Notes: a model not told the origin generated them from the sequence alone. Shown: positions 38,881 to 49,296, counted from the stretch's first letter. The stretch is 64,000 bases of DNA from Candidatus Limnocylindrales bacterium (GCA_035559535.1 DATMBG010000058.1:124001-188000), one strand, 5' to 3'. Numbers and translations: made by a program.

Positions 38881-40572
38881 ATGTCGGCTAAAAGGTTTGG
38901 GTTTTTGGAAGCAGCCATGCAGAGGTTAACCAAAGGTAGAGGCAAGGCTGCTCCAGACAAGGAAACGGACAAATATGAAGCAGCTTTAAAGGAAAATCCT
39001 AATAATACCGAAGCATTGAATGCTTTGGGAGATATTTATGCCAAGCAGGGACTCAATGATAAAGCCAAGGAATATTATGTAAGGGCCGGCAGATTATTTG
39101 CCGAAGATGGATTTACTTTGAAAGCCATTGCCGTCTATAAAAAAGCTCAACGTACCAAGCCTGATTCGGCGGATACTTATATAGAACTGGCCAATTTGTA
39201 TGTCCAAAAAGGACTCATCGGAGATGCTAAATTAAACTATATGACGGCCGGAGAGCTCCTGCGTCAGGCAGGCGCTATGAAAGAGTCCTTGGATGTATTT
39301 CGAAAAGCCGTTGATTTAGATCCTGAAAATATCACCCTCCATTTAAAGTTGGCAGAACAATACGAAAAGAGTCGCTTTGTCGAAGAAGCCAGCGGACTTT
39401 ATTTGGATATCGCCCATAAGTATATCCATCAAGGAATGATCAGTGAAGGGGCCGAACTCTATAAAAAAGTCATCAGCATACAACCGGAAAATGTAGATCT
39501 CCAATTTGAACTGGTTTATCTGTACCTTAATCAGAATCTTTTGGAGGAAGGTATCGGCCTGTTGGAGAAAATCCAGGAACAATACAGCCACTCTATCCCA
39601 ATCCTTGAAAAGATTGCAGAAGCTTACAGTCGGATAAGAAAACTGGATAAGGCAGCCCGTATTTACCAACGCCTCGTGGAACTGGATCCCTCGAATAAGG
39701 TGTATCGGAGTAGGCTGGGTTTGCCGACCCCATTCGATCAGTCCCCACAGGAAGAGATTACCGATCTGACCCAGATTGCAGACCTAGAACCTGGGTCTTT
39801 AAACTTTGGTGAAGAACCCCCCTTATTACAATTCGAACCTGTAGAACCGGCTTCCCAAACAAGGGGAACCCCAGATCAAACCCTTGAATGGAACCCTCCT
39901 ACAGTAAAAAAAGAATCTGATGATCTCTCCGGAGTAGATCTTCCAGAAGGTGTCTCTTTAGTTTCTGCTGCCCCTGAACCCCCAACGTCAACCCCTCCTC
40001 CCGGGGAAACAAATTCTGGCTATTTTGACCTGGCAGCCCGATTGGACACTTCCCTTAAAATCAGCCAGGAATATGAAGTACAGATGACCCAGAATCCTTC
40101 CGACTCCAAGATTCAGATCAAGGTAGATGCTGTTAATCGGGTCGGAGGTGACAATGTGGGGGATATTATCAAAGAATTTAAAAAAAGTGTCCTGGACGAG
40201 GTGGGTGAGGAAGACTATGAGACCCACTATGAATTAGGTATTGCCTACAAAGAAATGAACCTGCTGGATGATGCCATCGAAGAATTCAAATTGGCTGCTT
40301 TATCTCCGGCTAAATATATGGAATGTTCCAGTATGATAGGTCTGTGTCTGGCCGAAAAGGGGGAATATGACCAGGCTATTGCCCATCTGAAAGAGGCTTT
40401 GGAAAAAAGTGGGTTCGATCCAGAGCAATATCTTAATATTCGCTATGAACTGGCCCGAATCTATGAAGAAGCAGGTCAACCGGATCAGGCCCTCAAGCTT
40501 TATAAGGAAATCTATCAGGTTAATCCCCAGTTTATGGATGTGGCCCAACGCCTGACCCAACTGGCTTCCTAA
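38881..40572 (+). CDS. TPR protein (SgmX-like architecture)
   Basis: N-terminal TPRs with GFTLKAIAVYKK, acidic Pro-rich linker, C-terminal TPRs ETHYELGIAYKEMNLLDDAI and FMDVAQR. Confidence 0.85.
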   Translation: MSAKRFGFLEAAMQRLTKGRGKAAPDKETDKYEAALKENPNNTEALNALGDIYAKQGLNDKAKEYYVRAGRLFAEDGFTLKAIAVYKKAQRTKPDSADTYIELANLYVQKGLIGDAKLNYMTAGELLRQAGAMKESLDVFRKAVDLDPENITLHLKLAEQYEKSRFVEEASGLYLDIAHKYIHQGMISEGAELYKKVISIQPENVDLQFELVYLYLNQNLLEEGIGLLEKIQEQYSHSIPILEKIAEAYSRIRKLDKAARIYQRLVELDPSNKVYRSRLGLPTPFDQSPQEEITDLTQIADLEPGSLNFGEEPPLLQFEPVEPASQTRGTPDQTLEWNPPTVKKESDDLSGVDLPEGVSLVSAAPEPPTSTPPPGETNSGYFDLAARLDTSLKISQEYEVQMTQNPSDSKIQIKVDAVNRVGGDNVGDIIKEFKKSVLDEVGEEDYETHYELGIAYKEMNLLDDAIEEFKLAALSPAKYMECSSMIGLCLAEKGEYDQAIAHLKEALEKSGFDPEQYLNIRYELARIYEEAGQPDQALKLYKEIYQVNPQFMDVAQRLTQLAS

Positions 40573-40669
40573 ACCTTACAACTTTTGTAAATTAATCCCT
40601 GCCTTTTATATACGTTTATTAATTTTTCCCTTGACATTTTTCCCCGCCTGCTATATTTACAGGGTTTGT

Positions 40670-41254
40670 ATGACCGGCAGAGAACATTATATTGCGGGGA
40701 TTGCCACCAGTATTCTGGTCGGTATGGCTTCTTATATGTCCCACGGCAATAAATCCATCGCCTATCTTATTTCTGCAGCCGGAATTATTTCGACAACCTT
40801 TCTGGATCCAGATCTGGATATGGCGGAAAACGCCCTTATTAATCGAAAATATACCCCAAGTGTCGTAAAACGTTGGGGATTTTTCAAATTTATCTGGTTG
40901 CCCTACGGTTATGTGTTTCGACATCGGTCTGTATTTACCCATTTTCCGTTCCTTAGTGATCTCATCCGTCTCTTGTATTTATTTGTGGTCGTTTTTCTCC
41001 CCATTGACCTGACTTTATTTAATCTTTCCTTAACTTCCAAACTCAAAACCCTCCATCTCAAACCTAACGAGATCCTGGCCGTCTGGCTGGGTATGGGGAG
41101 TTCTACGGCCGTACATTACCTCACCGATCTAGTCACAACCGAGTTTTTCACAGATGAAAGACCCCCTAAACAACTCCCCCATTATCCTCGATATCCAGAA
41201 AAACCTATCCCTTATTACCGCCATCAGGATAAAGATCCTAAACATCCCTCGTAG
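40670..41254 (+). CDS. DUF2227-like putative metal-binding membrane protein
   Basis: GREH, LDPDLD, IWLPYG, HRSVFTH, HYLTD. Confidence 0.8.
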   Translation: MTGREHYIAGIATSILVGMASYMSHGNKSIAYLISAAGIISTTFLDPDLDMAENALINRKYTPSVVKRWGFFKFIWLPYGYVFRHRSVFTHFPFLSDLIRLLYLFVVVFLPIDLTLFNLSLTSKLKTLHLKPNEILAVWLGMGSSTAVHYLTDLVTTEFFTDERPPKQLPHYPRYPEKPIPYYRHQDKDPKHPS

Positions 41255-41348
41255 GAAAAACCCGGTTTTGGTTTAATTTCAATAATTTCTTTATCTGGAG
41301 AGTCTTCATTTTCATTTTCCCCCTATTTATAGATTCGAAAGAATTAAC

Positions 41349-41376
41349 TTGACACTTTATTAAAGATAAATATACT
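41349..41376 (+). promoter_or_regulatory. Putative sigma70 promoter
   Basis: TTGACA-16 nt-TATACT upstream of the secreted protein/protease pair. Confidence 0.5.
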
Positions 41377-41552
41377 TAACCGCAGGTTTTTTACTTTTCT
41401 GGCTGGTCTCAAATCAGATTTTTCCTTCAGGTCTTCAGATGGTAAAAAATTTACCTTAAATAGATTTTATGCCAGATAGAGGGGAAAGATCTTAAGTGTT
41501 CCTGCAGGGAATTGAAAGGCTATCAAAACGATGTAGGCGGTAAAAGAAGATT

Positions 41553-42176
41553 TTGTTGTTTGTTATGAAAGATCAAAAAGTTTATAGGTTCCTAAAGCGT
41601 TGGGTGAGCTGTAGAGTTGGTGGGGTCATCGTTTTTTTTAATATTTTATCCTACCCGGCCTTTGCCGTTACTATACTTCCCATGAGTTTGGTCGAGATGA
41701 TTGACCGGGCGGATAAGATTTTTGTGGGTATCTGCCTGTCTGTTCAACCAGATTCCATTATTCTGGAACAGACCCCCTTACCGGTTACTACCTATACCTT
41801 TGAAGTCATAGAACCCCTCAAGGGGACTTTGCCCAAGAAAATAACCTTCAGCCAAGTAGGAGTAAATGCCAGCTCAGACCTGGCGATTTCGCAATCCATT
41901 CCGGGGAAACCGGTTCGTATCCCTTTTCATATTCCTGGTATGCCGACATATCATCCGGGAGAAGAGGTTTTACTTTTCCTGAGTGGAGAGAGTAGAATCG
42001 GGTTAACTTCTCCGGTAGGCCTTCTCCAGGGTGCTTTTTTTGCCAGGAAGGATAAAATCTCCGGCAAAAAGTTCCTTGTAAACGGGATTCAAAACGCAGG
42101 GCTTATGCCGGGCCATGAGGGTCCCTGGCCCTTTGAGGACCTTTTAGCCCAGATTCGAGCCAACCTGAAAAAATAG
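41553..42176 (+). CDS. Hypothetical secreted protein upstream of the protease
   Basis: Signal-like segment ending PAFA; ADKIFVG, FEVIEPLKG, GEEVLLFL; start uncertain. Confidence 0.75.
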   Translation: MLFVMKDQKVYRFLKRWVSCRVGGVIVFFNILSYPAFAVTILPMSLVEMIDRADKIFVGICLSVQPDSIILEQTPLPVTTYTFEVIEPLKGTLPKKITFSQVGVNASSDLAISQSIPGKPVRIPFHIPGMPTYHPGEEVLLFLSGESRIGLTSPVGLLQGAFFARKDKISGKKFLVNGIQNAGLMPGHEGPWPFEDLLAQIRANLKK

Positions 42177-42191
42177 AGGCCTGAAAGTCCC

Positions 42192-44339
42192 ATGTCCGAA
42201 ATCCAAAATTCCATCCCAACCAAATCCGGTGTATTGGTTTTAGTGATGGGTTTATGGGTTCTACCTATCCCCTTAGCCTATGCCGGCGGACCCATGATTT
42301 TTAACACTGCCGGTGTACCCTATAGGTGGAACACGCAGAATTCGATTCCCTACCGAACGGATTTAGGGAATTTGGGCTCTTTAAGTAATGCCACCGCAAC
42401 AAATCTGGTTGATATGGTTTTTCAAAGGTGGGCGGCGGTCTCTACAGCTACTTTATCTTTTACTCGGGTCGGTAACATCTTTCATCCTTCTACCCAACAA
42501 CCCACCGATGTTAACAGATCGAATTTCCCTATTTTTTTATCTTCAAACAGTCCCCTGGGGGAGAATATTGTGGTTTTTGATGCAGATGGAAAAATTTTTG
42601 ACACGCTCTTTGGGGTTAACTCGGGTATATTAGGATTTGCAGGACCCACCTGGCTTGAAGGAGATAATATTGTTGAGGGACAGGTTTTTCTCAACGGGGC
42701 CTATCTGGACGGAAATTCATCCAACGGAGAAGTGTCTCAGGTGGAGTTTGAGGCGGTTATTTTCCATGAGTTAGGGCACTTCAACAATCTGGACCATGCC
42801 CAAATCAATGGATTCAAGTACAAGGCAGGCTTGGCGCCGGCCCCTTCGGTTGAGACTATGTTCCCTGTTCTTTTAACCGTTGAGCAGAGATTTCCTGCTA
42901 AAGATGATGAAGTCGCCTTATCGTCACTTTACCCGACCTCCTCCTTTACTTCAACCACAGGAACTATTACCGGGACCATTTTTAATCTGACTCCCGGGGG
43001 AAAGATGGCGTTTACCGGAGCGAACGTTATCGCCAGAAACGTTGCTGATCCCTGGAATGATGCAGTTTCCCAAGTTTCTGGAGCCACAAAAATTCCTGCC
43101 GGGGTTTATACCCTGAGCGGACTAACACCGGGAGCCAGCTATACTGTTGAAATTCAACCGATTGATCCATCTTTTACCCAGGGTTCCAGTGTAGGTCCTT
43201 TAGATCCTCCGGTTCCGTTACCGGGTCCTTCAGAATTTTATAATGGCTCCAACGAATCCAGCACCGACCCTCCGGATAATCCCAAGGATTATACAACCAT
43301 ACAGGTTTCAGCCGGAGTTGTTGTAAGTGGAGTGGATATTTTGATTAATACGGGAATCCCACAACCCGGTCTTACCCCTACGCCGGTTCCCACGGCGACT
43401 TCAAAACCACCCTCTGGAGCAACACCGACCCCAACGGTAACGCCAACTCCGGTGGGCACGTCGGAACCTCCTATACCGGAACCCACTCCAACCCCGGTCC
43501 CAACTCCCATAACTCCTCCTGCAAATCCAACCTCAACTCCCATAGCCTGGGGAAGTCCTGGGGATATTCCCTTACCGGGGGATTACGACGGAGATCATAA
43601 AGCAGATGTAGCCGTGTGGCAACCCATTACGGGCATTTGGTACCTTCTTATGAGTGGAAATAACAGTCCTTTTACTCAGTTCTGGGGTTTAAGAGGTGAT
43701 AAGCCTGTACCGGGGGATTATGATGGAGATAAGCGGACAGATCTGGCAGTTTGGCGGCCTTCCACAGGAACCTGGTATATCCAGAACTTCCAGGGTGGGG
43801 TTCGGATGGAGGTGTTGGGAAGATCTTCCGATATTCCGGTTCCTGGAGATTACGATGGAGATGGAATAGACGATATAGTTCTTTTCAGACCTTCCTTGGG
43901 GGGATGGGGTATAAAACCTTCCGGTGGAGGGGGTCTCCTCCAGGTACAGTGGGGGTTACCTGGAGATATTCCGGTTCCGGCAGACTATGATGGGGATGGA
44001 AAGATCGATATTGCCGTCTGGCGGCCCAGTAATGGAACCTGGTATATTCTCCTCTCCAGAGGAGGTTCCGAAATCATTGCCTGGGGTCTAAAGGGAGATA
44101 TACCGGTTCCGGCAGATTATGATGGGGATGGGATGACAGATCTAGGGGTCTGGCGACCCGGTGATGGAAGCTGGTACCTTCTCTTCTCAAAGGGGGGCTA
44201 TCGTATAACCCCCTGGGGACAGAACCAGGATATTCCGGTTCCGGCAGACTATGATGGGGATGGAAAAGCAGACCTGGCTTATTGGCGGCCTTCCACGGGA
44301 AGCTGGTTTATTCTCCCATCTTCCACAGGAGGTCCTTAA
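42192..44339 (+). CDS. Secreted matrixin-like zinc metalloprotease with PT linker and FG-GAP/VCBS repeats
   Basis: HELGHFNNLDH zinc motif, ETMFP Met-turn, Pro/Thr linker, six DYDGD repeats. Confidence 0.88.
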   Translation: MSEIQNSIPTKSGVLVLVMGLWVLPIPLAYAGGPMIFNTAGVPYRWNTQNSIPYRTDLGNLGSLSNATATNLVDMVFQRWAAVSTATLSFTRVGNIFHPSTQQPTDVNRSNFPIFLSSNSPLGENIVVFDADGKIFDTLFGVNSGILGFAGPTWLEGDNIVEGQVFLNGAYLDGNSSNGEVSQVEFEAVIFHELGHFNNLDHAQINGFKYKAGLAPAPSVETMFPVLLTVEQRFPAKDDEVALSSLYPTSSFTSTTGTITGTIFNLTPGGKMAFTGANVIARNVADPWNDAVSQVSGATKIPAGVYTLSGLTPGASYTVEIQPIDPSFTQGSSVGPLDPPVPLPGPSEFYNGSNESSTDPPDNPKDYTTIQVSAGVVVSGVDILINTGIPQPGLTPTPVPTATSKPPSGATPTPTVTPTPVGTSEPPIPEPTPTPVPTPITPPANPTSTPIAWGSPGDIPLPGDYDGDHKADVAVWQPITGIWYLLMSGNNSPFTQFWGLRGDKPVPGDYDGDKRTDLAVWRPSTGTWYIQNFQGGVRMEVLGRSSDIPVPGDYDGDGIDDIVLFRPSLGGWGIKPSGGGGLLQVQWGLPGDIPVPADYDGDGKIDIAVWRPSNGTWYILLSRGGSEIIAWGLKGDIPVPADYDGDGMTDLGVWRPGDGSWYLLFSKGGYRITPWGQNQDIPVPADYDGDGKADLAYWRPSTGSWFILPSSTGGP

Positions 44340-44426
44340 GATAAGGGCTATTTCTGGATAGAAATACCACCTAACTAAACGGCAGGAGCAGCCCCTGAAA
44401 GGCCTCCTTTTCAAATAGAAAAGATT

Positions 44427-45284
44427 TTACTTCCTTTGAAGTTTCTCGGCCAGGGTGACCAAAATAAACGATATTACCAGTACCAGGGTACTAATAGCGT
44501 TTACCACGGGCGAAACCCCTAATTTGACCATGGAATAAATTTGAACCGGCAATGGGGTTGCGCCAACTCCCGCCGTAAAAAAAGAGATTACAAAGTCGTC
44601 GAAGGATAAAGTAAAGGCCAAAAGGGCCGCAGCCACAAGACCCGGCGAAAGTAAAGGAAGGGTAACCTTAAAAAAGGTCGTTACTTCATCGGCCCCTAAA
44701 TCCATGGCGGCCTCTTCCAAAGTTCGATCTAAACCTTGAAGACGCGCTCGAACAACCACCATGACAAAGGAGATGTTGAATGCTACATGGGCGATGATGA
44801 TGGAGGCCATCCCTAATTGAAATTTGATCAAAACAAAAAACAGGGTCAGGGAAATGCCCATAACAATATCCGGAATAATAATTGGGAGATAGAGCACACC
44901 CTCCAGAATTCTCTTTCCTTTAAAGGAATACCGGTACATCGCCCAGGCCGTAAGGGTTCCGATTACAAGGGAAATGGCCGTAGAAACCAGCGCCACAATA
45001 AGGCTCACCTTAAGAGCCTCTAGAATCTTTGTGTCCTCAAAGAGCTTGATATACCAGTCTAGCGTAAATCCTTTCCAGACCACATTGAACCTGGAGTTAT
45101 TAAAAGAAAAAACTATGAGAATCAGAATGGGGGTATAGAGAAAAAGGTATCCCAACCCGGTAACCCAATCCAGCCAGGAGCTATTGGAATGTGGAGACGC
45201 GGGAGCCCGGAGACGCGGGAGCCCGGAGACGCGGGGACGCGGGGCGGTGGGGAGGTGGAGATACTGGGAAGGCGGATTATTCAT
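44427..45284 (-). CDS. potC: Polyamine ABC permease (PotC-like)
   Basis: FSFN, LEEAAMDLGA, FTLSFDDF, PVQIYS; repeat-derived N-terminal extension. Confidence 0.88.
   Translation of the reverse strand: MNNPPSQYLHLPTAPRPRVSGLPRLRAPASPHSNSSWLDWVTGLGYLFLYTPILILIVFSFNNSRFNVVWKGFTLDWYIKLFEDTKILEALKVSLIVALVSTAISLVIGTLTAWAMYRYSFKGKRILEGVLYLPIIIPDIVMGISLTLFFVLIKFQLGMASIIIAHVAFNISFVMVVVRARLQGLDRTLEEAAMDLGADEVTTFFKVTLPLLSPGLVAAALLAFTLSFDDFVISFFTAGVGATPLPVQIYSMVKLGVSPVVNAISTLVLVISFILVTLAEKLQRK
45193..45260. repeat. 8-nt GGAGACGC-type tandem repeat inside the 5' end of potC
   Basis: ggagacgcgggagccc twice, then ggagacgcggggacgcgggg; related element at 8182-8287. Confidence 0.85.
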
Positions 45285-46167
45285 ATTCCTTTGTCACTCT
45301 TAAGTAGATAAACACGGAAATAAGGACCAGAATCATCAGAACCAGGGAGATTGCCGAGCCGAAAGGCCAATCCCGTGCGGGACCGAATTGATTCTGGATA
45401 AGACTTCCCATCATCATGGTTTTGGCTCCACCTAATAAGTCGGGGGTCACAAAGGCTGCTACAGAAGGTATAAAAACCAGAATAGACCCGGCGATAACTC
45501 CCGGAAGGGTCAACGGAAGGGTTACCTTTAAAAATCGCCAAAACGGAGTCGCCCCCAGGTCTTCCGCAGCTTCCAAAAGGGTTTTATCCAGTTTTTCAAT
45601 AGAAGCATACAGCGGAAGGACCATAAAGGGGAGAAAGCCATAGACCATCCCCACTAAAACAGCTCCTTCAGTATAGAGCAATTTTAAAGGTTCCCGGACG
45701 ATATGAAACTTCAGCAGCAACTGATTGATGAGACCAGTATCTCGAAGCAGTAGCATCCAGGCATAGGTCCGAATCAGGAAACTGGTCCAGAAAGGTAAAA
45801 TGATGAGAACCAAAAGGGTATTTTTCCATTTCTTACCGGCAAAGGCGATTCGATAGGCGATAGGGTAACCGGTTACCAAACATATCCCAGTTGTCATCAG
45901 AGCCAGTTTGAAGGATCTGATCAGGATGGTCAGATAAAGGGGATCCAGAAACCTGCGATAATTCTCCAGGGTAAACTGGTATAGAATTCCTCCATAGGGA
46001 CCTTTTTGGAGGAAACTGTAAAGAAAGATAATAAGCAGGGGAACCAGAAAAAAAACACCCAGCCAAAACAAGGAAGGACCCAGTAAGCTCAACAGGCTCA
46101 AGGAAGGATGATGGTTGAAAAAGACGAGGAGTTGGTGTCTGAATCTTTTCATTTCATTAAAATACAA
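45277..46167 (-). CDS. potB: Polyamine ABC permease (PotB-like)
   Basis: LPFWTSFLIRTYAW, LPFMVLPLY, LEAAEDLGA, DWPFGSA. Confidence 0.9.
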   Translation of the reverse strand: MYFNEMKRFRHQLLVFFNHHPSLSLLSLLGPSLFWLGVFFLVPLLIIFLYSFLQKGPYGGILYQFTLENYRRFLDPLYLTILIRSFKLALMTTGICLVTGYPIAYRIAFAGKKWKNTLLVLIILPFWTSFLIRTYAWMLLLRDTGLINQLLLKFHIVREPLKLLYTEGAVLVGMVYGFLPFMVLPLYASIEKLDKTLLEAAEDLGATPFWRFLKVTLPLTLPGVIAGSILVFIPSVAAFVTPDLLGGAKTMMMGSLIQNQFGPARDWPFGSAISLVLMILVLISVFIYLRVTKEYE

Positions 46168-46242
46168 TATCTTGCGGTGTGGAGACCTGATATCCAGGAC
46201 GCGGGATCAAAAGAGCCCTCTCTGTATCCCCGTATCCTCTAC

Positions 46243-47334
46243 TTAGTCTTTCAAAATGATACTATCTTCCGGTTTCCACGAGATCCAGACCTTATCCCCT
46301 ACTGTCCAGGGCCCGCTTTGACTTTCTCGATCTCCTTTTTGCAACAACACCGTAACTTTTTGAGTATAAGAAAGCGATACAATGAAATGGGTAGCATTTC
46401 CTGTATAAATCTTTCGTTCGATAAAACCGGGGAATTGGTTTTCACCATTTTTAGAAGACATTTCCGACCTCAGCCACATTCTTTCCGGTCGGACCGAAAA
46501 ATGAACTTTCTCCCCGATTTTCAACTGATCCTCTTTGGGTAGCTTCACAATAAGTCCATCTTCTGTTTCCACTTCCAGTCTTTGCCCGGTATTACCAGTG
46601 ATTTTCCCTTTGAAGAAATTTGATATTCCGATAAAATCGGCCACAAATCGGGTTTTAGGATATTCATAGATCTCTTCAGGAGATCCCAGTTGCTCAAGTC
46701 GTCCTTGATTCAGGACGGCGATCCGATCCGACATGGTTAGGGCTTCTTCTTGATCATGGGTCACATAAATAAAAGTAATTCCAACCTGGTGTTGAAGGTT
46801 TTTTAACTCTAGCTGCATTTCTTTTCTCAATTTGAGATCCAAGGCCCCTAGAGGTTCATCGAGGAGTAACACCTGTGGCTTAAGCACAATGGCACGTGCC
46901 AGTGCCACTCGCTGCTGTTGCCCACCACTTAATTGTTTCGGATACCTATGATCAAGACCTGTTAATTGCACCAGCTCCAAGGCTTCTGCCACCCGTTGAC
47001 GGATTTCTGTACGGGGTAATTTTTTGCGTTCCAGACCGAAGGCGATATTCTCGGCTACGGTCAGATGAGGAAATAAAGCATAATTCTGAAATACGGTATT
47101 GACATTCCTTTCATACGGCCGCTTATGATTCACAATCTGGTTATTGATGAGGATCTCGCCTTCGGTAGGGATTTCAAAGCCGGCAATGAGGCGTAGGGTG
47201 GTGGTTTTACCGCATCCACTAGGTCCTAAAAGGGAAAAAAACTCACCTTTATGGACCTGTAAAGAGAGGTTATCCACAGCGGTTGTGCGGTCAAACCGCT
47301 TGGTGACATTCCTTAATTCGACATCTATAACCAT
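46243..47334 (-). CDS. potA: Polyamine ABC ATPase (PotA-like)
   Basis: GPSGCGKT, VFQNYALFPH, LSGGQQQR, LLLDEP, TOBE tail. Confidence 0.92.
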   Translation of the reverse strand: MVIDVELRNVTKRFDRTTAVDNLSLQVHKGEFFSLLGPSGCGKTTTLRLIAGFEIPTEGEILINNQIVNHKRPYERNVNTVFQNYALFPHLTVAENIAFGLERKKLPRTEIRQRVAEALELVQLTGLDHRYPKQLSGGQQQRVALARAIVLKPQVLLLDEPLGALDLKLRKEMQLELKNLQHQVGITFIYVTHDQEEALTMSDRIAVLNQGRLEQLGSPEEIYEYPKTRFVADFIGISNFFKGKITGNTGQRLEVETEDGLIVKLPKEDQLKIGEKVHFSVRPERMWLRSEMSSKNGENQFPGFIERKIYTGNATHFIVSLSYTQKVTVLLQKGDRESQSGPWTVGDKVWISWKPEDSIILKD

Positions 47335-47610
47335 CCTTTTTTATCTGGCTTGTTCCATTTAGGACCCATAAAACAGGTATCCTTTATAAAGTTGGAATTT
47401 ACTGGGTAAACCCATGAAGGTAAGCCGAATTTTACACATATAATTGGTTTTAAAACTTTACAAGTCAAGGATAAATTTTACCAGGATATTATTTTACCCA
47501 ATTCATAGATCTTCAAATATCATTTGACGCAACCGGAGCTTTTTACTAATTTAATTAGAGTACAGGACTTGTTTACTAACCAAAACCTTAACGGAAAGGA
47601 GGATCTGTTC

Positions 47611-48489
47611 TTGCAAGCATTCGATTATGCTTCCGCGCGGACAGTGGACGAAGCAGTTTCTTTACTTGCTCAACACGGAGAGAGGGCGCGTATTCTCGCG
47701 GGTGGAACCGACATTATCGTTCAGGTTCGAGAAGGGCGTCGTTCCGTAGATCTTTTGCTTGATATTAAGAAGATACCAGAGGTTAATCAATTATCCTATG
47801 ATCCGATTAATGGTTTGCGCATTGGTGCGGCGGTTCCCTGCTATAAGATTTATGAGCAAGCAGAGATCGCCACGGCATATCCCGGGTTAATCGATGCCGT
47901 GTCGTTGATCGGGGGCATACAAATCCAGGGGAGGGCTACTTTAGGGGGAAATTTATGTAACGCCTCTCCGGCGGCGGATACAATTCCGGCACTTATTGTA
48001 CTCCAGGCCACCTGTCTTATTGCAGGGCCCCAGGGAACCCGAGAGGTTCCCGTCGAACGGTTTTGTACCGGCCCCGGAAGGACGATCCTTCAAAGGGGTG
48101 AATTTCTCCTTTCCTTTCATCTTCCTCCTCCACAGAAGCATTCCGGTGCCCGCTATCTCCGTTTCATTCCAAGAAATGAAATGGATATCGCCGTGGTCGG
48201 TGTAGGGGCATCGGCGGTATTGAATGAGGCTCATACCCGATTTGTTTCAGCCCGCATAGCTTTGGGAGCCGTTGCCCCCACGCCACTTTTGGCAGTTGAG
48301 GCGGGGGAGATTCTGGCCGGGAAAGAGATTTCAGAAGAAAACATCCAGCGGGCTGCTGAAGCAGCTCAAGCCATAGCCCGTCCCATCAGTGATATGCGAG
48401 GAACCGCAGCGTATAGACGACATCTGGTCGGTGTATTAACTCGTCGTGCACTCCAGGGAGCTATTCAACGAGCAAAGAAGGAGGCGTGA
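47611..48489 (+). CDS. Molybdenum hydroxylase FAD subunit (CoxM/XdhB-like)
   Basis: LAGGTD, ATLGGNLCNASPAAD, ISDMRGTAAYR; likely TTG start after GGAGG. Confidence 0.92.
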   Translation: MQAFDYASARTVDEAVSLLAQHGERARILAGGTDIIVQVREGRRSVDLLLDIKKIPEVNQLSYDPINGLRIGAAVPCYKIYEQAEIATAYPGLIDAVSLIGGIQIQGRATLGGNLCNASPAADTIPALIVLQATCLIAGPQGTREVPVERFCTGPGRTILQRGEFLLSFHLPPPQKHSGARYLRFIPRNEMDIAVVGVGASAVLNEAHTRFVSARIALGAVAPTPLLAVEAGEILAGKEISEENIQRAAEAAQAIARPISDMRGTAAYRRHLVGVLTRRALQGAIQRAKKEA

Positions 48490-48566
48490 AATAATTGTTC
48501 AGAAGTCAGAATCCCAGCTTAGAATTCAGGATGCCCTCTGACTTCTGAGTCGTTACGATATCGGGA

Positions 48567-49052
48567 ATGTCTAAAAAAGTGCAAGTACAGGCGCGAATTA
48601 ATGGGGAAGAAGTAGAATTTCTCTGTGAACCTCGTCAGAGCCTGTTAGAAGTACTCCGAGATGAACTGGGTCTTACGGGAAGCAAAGAAGGCTGTAATAA
48701 CGGGAATTGTGGGGCCTGCAATGTCATCATGGATGGTGTGCTGGTGAATTCCTGCCTGGTCTTGGGAGTAGAAATCCAGGGAAAAGAAATCACCACCATC
48801 GAAGGGCTGGCCGGACCCGAGAAGTTGCACCCCCTACAGCAGAAATTTCTGGAATATGCGGCTCTACAATGTGGAATTTGTACGCCGGGCTTCATTGTTG
48901 CGTCCAAAGCGCTCCTGGATAAAAATCCACACCCTACCGAACAAGAAGTAAGGTATTGGTTAGCGGGGAATCTGTGTCGATGTACCGGTTACGATAAAAT
49001 TGTCCGGGCCGTTTTAGCTGCCGCTGAAGTCGACCATGAAGGAAGAAGATGA
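48567..49052 (+). CDS. Molybdenum hydroxylase 2Fe-2S subunit (CoxS-like)
   Basis: GCNNGNCGAC, QCGICTPG, GNLCRCTGY. Confidence 0.95.
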   Translation: MSKKVQVQARINGEEVEFLCEPRQSLLEVLRDELGLTGSKEGCNNGNCGACNVIMDGVLVNSCLVLGVEIQGKEITTIEGLAGPEKLHPLQQKFLEYAALQCGICTPGFIVASKALLDKNPHPTEQEVRYWLAGNLCRCTGYDKIVRAVLAAAEVDHEGRR

Positions 49053-49075
49053 GGGGTTCTAAGGATCGTAGGTTT

Positions 49076-49296
49076 CCTATGCATCAAGTTAAGGATGAGA
49101 CCTGGGGCCTACATACCCTCTGACCTCCTTCCCAACATGGGAGTGGAGAATCGGTCGTCGCTAGACCCCTGGGTTCTCCCCTTCCCTTGAAGGAAAGGAG
49201 AGGGGGAGAGGGTTAGGTTTGAAAAAATACCCTTGAAAGAAGGGGGGTGTTCAGGCCGAAAATAAGGCTTTTCCCTTTCTTAGCTGGATGCGTGTA
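49076..49296. mobile_element. MITE-like element with imperfect terminal inverted repeats
   Basis: TATGCATCAAGTTAAG (49078-49093) vs CTTAGCTGGATGCGTG (49279-49294), 12/16 complementary; internal palindromes. Confidence 0.4.

Noticed and set aside
43550..44320. Recurring DNA repeats (gatattccggttccggcagactatgatggggatgg) with regular spacing
   Set aside because: Explained by coding FG-GAP repeats; not CRISPR, and no reverse transcriptase nearby to suggest a DGR.
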